This document shows positions 58,595-64,000 of a stretch of 64,000 nt of DNA, one piece after another. Below the pieces are notes generated by a model that made no database searches, had not been told where the DNA came from, and saw only the letters and a list, made by a program, of their open reading frames with translations. Origin of the DNA: Candidatus Bathyarchaeota archaeon (GTDB lineage: Archaea; Thermoproteota; Bathyarchaeia; Bathyarchaeales; DTEX01); the NCBI GenBank assembly GCA_963714275.1, contig CAVQNT010000002.1, forward strand, positions 826,883-890,882. The letters run 5' to 3'. The position numbers and the translations under genes are program-made. Position 1 is the first letter of the stretch, and each line of letters starts with the position of its first letter.

Positions 58595-58644
58595 CTAACA
58601 ACATAATAGATACCTTGAAAATATTAACGTTTCTTTCTCAGACT

Positions 58645-59613
58645 CTAAGGCATCCTTTCCAACACTATGCGAAGTTGAGATTGCCTAGAATCTCTGAGAA
58701 CGGTTATTTCAGTTTCTTCCCCGGGCTGTTTTTCTTTTAGCACGTTTTGAAGGTCCTCGATGCTGCCGATTTTTTGACTGTCCATTCCTAGTATGATGTC
58801 GCTTTTTTTCATTCCAGCCTTGCTCGAAGGGCTATCGGATTCGACGCCTACCACAAGCACTCCGCTTTCGACTGGCAATCTGTATTGCGCTGCAACCTCT
58901 CTGGTTATCGTGAACCCCGTTATACCGAGCCACGGTTTTTTAACACCGCCGTGAAGTAAAATGTCGTCCGTGAAAGCCTTGGCTGCGTTGATCGGGACAG
59001 CGAAGCCTATGCCTTGGGCAAACGGGATAATCGCCGTGTTGATCGCGATCACTTTTCCCTCAACGTCTATGAGCGGTCCTCCACTATTCCCCGGGTTAAT
59101 CGCTGCGTCAGTTTGAACCAAGCCTTCGAAGGCTCCTTGCTCCGAATTAATCGTTCGGTTCAAAGCGCTAATCACGCCCGAAGTGACGGTTGGTCCGCCA
59201 ATAAGACCAAACGGATTCCCAATAGCGAACACTCTTTGCCCAACACGCAGTTTGTCCGAGTCTCCAAGCATCGCAGGAGTCAGGTTTTCGCCTTCGATTT
59301 TTATGACCGCAACATCCGTGCTTCTGGATGTCCCCGTAAGATGTCCTTGAAAAACGCGACCGTCACTTAATGTTACGGTGATTTCGCGGGCTTCTGCGAT
59401 GACGTGGTTGTTTGTTAAAACGTAGCCTTCGTTGTCAATGATGAATCCTGAGCCCATCCCTTGAACTGGGACGACCCGGTAGAAAAGGTCGCGAAATATT
59501 CTTATCGTGTTCACGTTGACGACACTTTGGCTTGCTTTTTCAATCAGGTCAACCATGTTTTTTTCGCTCAATAGACAACGCCACCAAAGAGTAGGTAAAT
59601 GATTAGTAGTCAA
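58645..59613 (-). CDS. HtrA/DegP-family serine protease with PDZ domain
   Basis: Catalytic triad context (TNNHV, DVAVIK, GNSGGPL) plus a C-terminal PDZ domain. The start is uncertain (internal Met at 59556). Confidence 0.85.
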   Translation of the reverse strand: MTTNHLPTLWWRCLLSEKNMVDLIEKASQSVVNVNTIRIFRDLFYRVVPVQGMGSGFIIDNEGYVLTNNHVIAEAREITVTLSDGRVFQGHLTGTSRSTDVAVIKIEGENLTPAMLGDSDKLRVGQRVFAIGNPFGLIGGPTVTSGVISALNRTINSEQGAFEGLVQTDAAINPGNSGGPLIDVEGKVIAINTAIIPFAQGIGFAVPINAAKAFTDDILLHGGVKKPWLGITGFTITREVAAQYRLPVESGVLVVGVESDSPSSKAGMKKSDIILGMDSQKIGSIEDLQNVLKEKQPGEETEITVLRDSRQSQLRIVLERMP

Positions 59614-59722
59614 GTTTTAAACGCATATTTTAAGGATTATGCAAACACCATTAAAGCAATTTTAAAAACAGTTTTATTTCAGCAGCCCAATCATTATTTG
59701 AAGCTCTTTTGAAGGGAAAAAA

Positions 59723-61474
59723 ATGAAAGTTAATAAGCTGTCCTTTCTAATCGGCGGAGAAGCCGGTGCGGGAATCACACGTTCAGGCTTTCTTTTCGCT
59801 AAGACCTGCATGAGAACTGGGCTTAACGTCTTCGGAACCAACGACTACCAGTCTCTCATTAAAGGGGGACACAACTTCTACGTTGTTCAAGTGGACGCTG
59901 AGGAAGTTTTTTCGCAAACTGACAAAATCGACCTTCTTTTGGCTTTAAACGCTGAGACTGTTATGCTTCACAAGGATGAATTAGTTTCAGGCGGAGGCAT
60001 AATTTACGATCCCGATGACATTTTGTTGAAACCCGAAAACCTTAACCGAGAAGACTTAATGCTCTATCCTGTTCCTTTAAAAAAGACCGTGTGGGAAGAA
60101 CTGAAAGAAGACCCCATCATGCGGAACGCTGTTGCCTTGGGAGCTGCCTTTGCCCTTTTACATTGCGACCTAGATTTGTTAGAAGAGGTTTTAAAAGGTA
60201 CCTTTAAACCAGCAGTTGCAGAGTCGAACATGAAGGCTGCCAAGAAAGGGTACGACCATGTTCAGAATAATTTTGACGACAATTTTGAGTACAGACTTAC
60301 AAAAATAGAATCTGCTGGTAAACGAAAAATCCTTCTAAGTGGGAACGAGGCAGTCGGGTTAGGAGCGTTAAAGGCGGGATGTAAATTTTTCGCAAGTTAC
60401 CCGATGACGCCAACGACTGGGTTGCTTCATTTCATGGCTGAGAACGAAAGAAAAATGGAGATGCTCATTATTCAGCCTGAAGGTGAGATAGCAGCAATTA
60501 ACATGGCTGCAGGTGCAGCTTTCGCAGGAGTCCGAGCGATGACCGCGACTTCTGGTGGTGGATTTTGCTTGATGGTTGAAGGCTTAGGCATGACTGGTAT
60601 GACGGAGACTCCTGTGGTAATTATGGTTGGACAGAGACCGGGACCGAGCACAGGATTGCCGACATACTCAGCGCAGGGTGATTTGAGATTCGTCGTTCAT
60701 GCGTCTCAAGGCGAATTTCCGAGGGTCGTTGTGGCTCCTGGCGATGTTGAGGAATGCTTCTATGAGACGATGCGTGCTTTCAACTGGGCTGAAAAGTACC
60801 AGATGCCTGTTATCGTGTTGACTGATAAGTACCTTGTTGAAAGCCAAGTGTCAATCGAATCCTTCGAGACCAGCCGCATGAAAATAGAAAGGGGCAACCT
60901 AATTACGGGGCAGTATCAAGGCACTGGAGAATACATGAAATACGAGCTCACCGAAACTGGTGTCTCTCCGAGGGCTCTGCCATCAACTAAAGGCGCGATT
61001 ATACGAGCCAATGCTGATGAGCATGATGAATTTGGTTTCACAAGCGAAGACCCGATGATGACGGTAAGCATGATTCAGAAAAGGCAGAAAAAACTTGTTT
61101 TCTTGGCAAAGGAACTCGAGGAAAAAAAGATCGAGACAACCAAGTTGTACGGTCCAGAAAAGGCAACAGCAACGATAGTTTCGTGGGGTGGAACAAAGGG
61201 TCCGATACGTGAAGCCTTAAAAATCCTTAAGCGTGATGGTGTCGTTGCCAATTATTTACAGATTATCTATTTACATCCCTTCCCGGTCGAAAGGGTAGAA
61301 AAAGTTCTAAACAACACGAGCAAGGCGATTGTTGTGGAACATAATAGAACCTCTCAGCTTTCAAGCCTCATCCGTGAATATTTACTTAGAGATGCGGATT
61401 ATACAATTTTGAAGTATGATGGGAGACCCTTCAGTCCCGCCTATTTAGTGGCTAAGGTAAAGGAGGTGCTGTGA
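59723..61474 (+). CDS. 2-oxoacid:ferredoxin oxidoreductase, fused gamma-alpha subunit
   Basis: 583 aa intact with an N-terminal gamma-like domain (GGEAGAGI) and an alpha domain (YPMTPTT). Overlaps the beta gene start (GTGA). Confidence 0.85.
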   Translation: MKVNKLSFLIGGEAGAGITRSGFLFAKTCMRTGLNVFGTNDYQSLIKGGHNFYVVQVDAEEVFSQTDKIDLLLALNAETVMLHKDELVSGGGIIYDPDDILLKPENLNREDLMLYPVPLKKTVWEELKEDPIMRNAVALGAAFALLHCDLDLLEEVLKGTFKPAVAESNMKAAKKGYDHVQNNFDDNFEYRLTKIESAGKRKILLSGNEAVGLGALKAGCKFFASYPMTPTTGLLHFMAENERKMEMLIIQPEGEIAAINMAAGAAFAGVRAMTATSGGGFCLMVEGLGMTGMTETPVVIMVGQRPGPSTGLPTYSAQGDLRFVVHASQGEFPRVVVAPGDVEECFYETMRAFNWAEKYQMPVIVLTDKYLVESQVSIESFETSRMKIERGNLITGQYQGTGEYMKYELTETGVSPRALPSTKGAIIRANADEHDEFGFTSEDPMMTVSMIQKRQKKLVFLAKELEEKKIETTKLYGPEKATATIVSWGGTKGPIREALKILKRDGVVANYLQIIYLHPFPVERVEKVLNNTSKAIVVEHNRTSQLSSLIREYLLRDADYTILKYDGRPFSPAYLVAKVKEVL

Positions 61475-62336
61475 AAATGGTTACACTAAAGGATTTAGTT
61501 ACGCCCATCAAAAGTAACTGGTGCCCCGGTTGCGGAAATTATGGTATCCTAACAGCGATGAAAGGGGCTTTGGTGGAACTTGGCTTGGAAAGGGAGCAGG
61601 TTGCCTTCGTTTCAGGAATAGGTTGTCACGGAAAGATGGTTAACTACGTGGACGTAAACGGTTTTCATGGCATACACGGCAGAGTTCTCCCAATAGCCAC
61701 GGGCATAAAGCTCAGCTAACCCCGAATTAACGGTTATAGGGTTCGCTGGGGACGCTGACCAATACGATGAGGGATGGGACCACTTCTGCCATGCGATGCG
61801 GAGAAACATCGACATGACCCTGATTGTGCACGACAACCAGACCCTCGGTTTAACAACGGGACAGACAACAGCAACAAGCCTTCAAGGGTTTAAATCCAAA
61901 TCGACGCCCTTTGGCTCGGTTACACCTCCATTGAATCCCATTGCCCACGCTCTTGTCAGCAACGGAACGTTCGTTGCCCGAGGCTTCGCGGGAGACCCAA
62001 GGCACCTTCAAAGTCTAATTGTTGAAGCTGTTAGGCACAGAGGTTTCGGGTATATCGACGTTTTTCAGCCTTGTGTAACCTTCAATTACCTGAACACGTA
62101 CCAGTGGTTCCGAGAAAGAGTCTACAAACTTGATGAACAAGGACATGACTACACTGACAGGCTGAAGGCTTTGGAAAAGAGACTTTGAATGGGGTGAACG
62201 GATACCAATCGGCATCTTCTATAAGGAAGAAAGGCTCACTTACCTCGATACTTTACCTCACATAAAGGGTAAATCGCTTGCGAAATTGCCTGTTGAGAAC
62301 GTGGATGTAGCCGCCATCATCGAAACCATGAAGTAA
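61471..62336 (+). pseudogene. 2-oxoacid:ferredoxin oxidoreductase beta subunit, two frameshifts
   Basis: Contains WCPGCGNYG (TPP/Fe-S subunit start), GFAGDAD and IVHDNQ. The frames change at 61709-61717 (aagctcagctaac; removing one base gives IKLANPELTVIGF) and at about 62170-62185 (A run). Confidence 0.85.
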
Positions 62337-62504
62337 CTATCAAATAAAAGCACAAAACAACAAGAAATTTTCTGAGCGATAAGAACATTGTTTTTTACAA
62401 TTCATTTTAAGAATCGCTGAACTTTATTGAGGATTCTCTCAGTCTGCAACCGTATAAGTTAGATTCAAGTATTACTTGGCTGTATTAACTGCTGGTGTTT
62501 TCTG

Positions 62505-63287
62505 ATGGTGCCGAAAGTTGCGCTTGTGAAGACCAAAGGAAATGTGGCAGAAGCCTATCAGCAAGCTTTGAAGCTGATCGGCGGAAAAGATTTTTTGGAT
62601 GCCCTAAATGTGACAATAAAGGTTGGATTATACGACAAGCGGAACACTAACTACCCCACGGTTCAAGTCGTTAATGCGGTAGTGGACTCGTTCGCTAATT
62701 CGAAAAGGGTTCTAATCGTTGAATCTGACAACCATAACGGAAAAGCCCTAGAACGGTTACAAGAGTGGAAAGAGGTTTTTTCGGACCGTGTGACACCTTT
62801 CAGCCTTTCAGACGACCCACACATTCGTGAAGTAACGATTTGCGGAGAAAAAATCCGCTTTTCAAGCTCGCTTTTTAAGCCCAATTTCTTCGTCAGTCTC
62901 CACGTTCTGCGTAAAGGAAAGGCAGGCTGCATCTTCAAGAATCTTCTCGGCTTAATTCCTGACACAAGGAAAGAGCGTTTCCACGACAATCTAGGCGCCA
63001 CCCTCATTGAAATGGCTGAAGCCATAGGGTGGATAGACCTTGCTGTGATAGATGGAACATACATTTTTGGAAGCGAATGGAAAGAAGGCTTGCCATTAAA
63101 GAGAGAACGAAGAGACCTTATCGTCGTAGGCAGAGACCCCGTGGCAGTCGAAACAGTCGGAAGCACACTCGCAGAGGAAGATCCGCTGGCTATCCCCGCC
63201 TTAGCCATAGCTCAAAAAAGAAAACTTGGAGAAACCGACATTAATCGGATCGAAATACTCGGAGAAAGCATTAACAACTTTCTTTAA
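62505..63287 (+). CDS. DUF362 domain-containing protein
   Basis: 260 aa with an N-terminus (VALVKTKGNVAEAYQQALKLIGG) and overall pattern typical of DUF362. Confidence 0.55.
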   Translation: MVPKVALVKTKGNVAEAYQQALKLIGGKDFLDALNVTIKVGLYDKRNTNYPTVQVVNAVVDSFANSKRVLIVESDNHNGKALERLQEWKEVFSDRVTPFSLSDDPHIREVTICGEKIRFSSSLFKPNFFVSLHVLRKGKAGCIFKNLLGLIPDTRKERFHDNLGATLIEMAEAIGWIDLAVIDGTYIFGSEWKEGLPLKRERRDLIVVGRDPVAVETVGSTLAEEDPLAIPALAIAQKRKLGETDINRIEILGESINNFL

Positions 63288-63613
63288 ACCAGACGGACAT
63301 GAAGACTGATCAGCGTGAAGAACGAGTTCGACGTTGAAGAGATGATAAAACGCATAGACCGAGAGGTCAAAAAATACGAAGGGAAATTGTCTCCGAAGGA
63401 CCGAAAAAAATATTCAGTATTCTACCATAACAAAGACACCGTTGACTATGCAGAGTATGCCGTCTCAGCACATTGAAAAATACGCTTCTATGGTTTTTGG
63501 AAGAGAAAGAACTAGAGTTTTAGCTTAATAGGCAGCGTTTGAACCGTAAAATAACGTTTATCGTGGACGAAAACCGTTATTAGAACTGTATTCAAATATT
63601 TAATCGGTTAGAA

Positions 63614-63829
63614 TTGAAAGTCGAAGATAACCGAAAAAATGAAGAAACGTGTAAGGATTTCTGCGGTAGCTGCCCAAGTTACCCCGGAACAGGCGAATGG
63701 CTCTTCTGCGCAAGATGGAAAAGCAAACAAAAGATAAAAAGAAACGGGTGCCTGTGCCCCGCTTGCCAAGTTTACATTGATTACGACCTTGAAGGCGATT
63801 ACTTCTGCGACAAAGGTGCAGCCACATAA
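63614..63829 (+). CDS. Cys-rich DUF2769-like small protein
   Basis: 71 aa with CKDFCGSCPSYP and CLCPACQVY motifs. Confidence 0.5.
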   Translation: MKVEDNRKNEETCKDFCGSCPSYPGTGEWLFCARWKSKQKIKRNGCLCPACQVYIDYDLEGDYFCDKGAAT

Positions 63830-63851
63830 CTTGTGGAAGCCAAAGGACAGA

Positions 63852-64000
63852 TTATTCTACAATGACCTGCTGCTCTCTTCCTTCCCAGACGCCATGCAAG
63901 TTGCAGTATCCGCGAGCTTTCAACGTCGCTGTTTCGTTCAAAGTTACGTTGATTGTGGAAACGTAGCTATCGCTCAGTTCAGGTGCGAACTCAATTCTTG
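63852..64000 (-). CDS. Superoxide reductase (neelaredoxin/desulfoferrodoxin family), C-terminal part only
   Basis: Manual minus-strand translation: ...TLKARGYCNLHGVWEGREQQVIVE-stop. CNLHGxW is the SOR active-site Cys motif. The gene starts beyond the window. Confidence 0.6.
   Translation of the reverse strand, partial: RIEFAPELSDSYVSTINVTLNETATLKARGYCNLHGVWEGREQQVIVE

Noticed and set aside
63315-63476. 53-codon GTG-initiated ORF (VKNEFDVEEMIKRIDREVKKYEGKLSPKDRKKYSVFYHNKDTVDYAEYAVSAH)
   Set aside because: No recognisable family, a non-ATG start and no clear ribosome-binding site. It may be a real small protein, but the evidence is too weak to annotate it.
1-64000. Programmed ribosomal frameshifting or transcriptional slippage as the cause of the split genes
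   Set aside because: Where conserved motifs allow localisation (pfkB LG-SEV, ABC LPEEAGAY, EtfA TGLTADC, TBP IVASANLGG), the frame change lies well upstream of the stop codon. It is not at a slippery heptamer or a long homopolymer. Both insertions and deletions occur.
1-64000. CRISPR arrays, rRNA genes, transposase/IS elements
   Set aside because: I saw no regularly spaced direct repeats, no rRNA-like sequence and no transposase-like ORFs. The only mobile-element signature is the integrase element at 12444-14988.

Overview
Archaeal chromosomal window. Archaeal markers are PCNA, PriL, PriS, GINS, TBP, TFS, aIF2-beta, Rpo4/F, L21e, Pus10 and five tRNA genes with encoded CCA, two of them intron-containing. 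I cannot place the lineage from sequence alone. Most content is housekeeping and central or redox metabolism: a replisome cluster at 8.6-12.3 kb, an etfBA plus FAD-oxidase operon, ProRS, two ABC-2 exporters, 2-oxoacid:ferredoxin oxidoreductase, MoeA, ThiL, a LarA-like racemase and sugar/nucleoside genes. Three things stand out. (1) A 2.5-kb AT-rich integrative element (12444-14988) sits in the 3' end of tfs. It is bounded by a perfect 38-bp direct repeat, and its SSV-type integrase gene is split by integration and becomes one ORF again when the ends are joined. (2) About 20 of about 75 genes are broken by roughly 30 frameshifts or in-frame stops, including TBP, EtfA, MoeA and ThiL. In at least half of the cases I could localise by homology, the lesion lies in or next to an AGCT (often CAGCTG) site. 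That pattern looks like a motif-specific artefact (for example modification-dependent basecalling error, implying AGCT methylation) or a motif-specific mutational process, not ordinary gene decay. (3) An accessory-looking block (22.4-29.1 kb) encodes a large anchored surface protein, two translationally coupled paralogous RHH plus V4R-like proteins with a tandem 11-nt repeat in their divergent promoter, and an ABC-2 exporter. No rRNA genes or CRISPR arrays were seen. All coordinates, motifs and reconstructions were worked out by hand and need computational confirmation.
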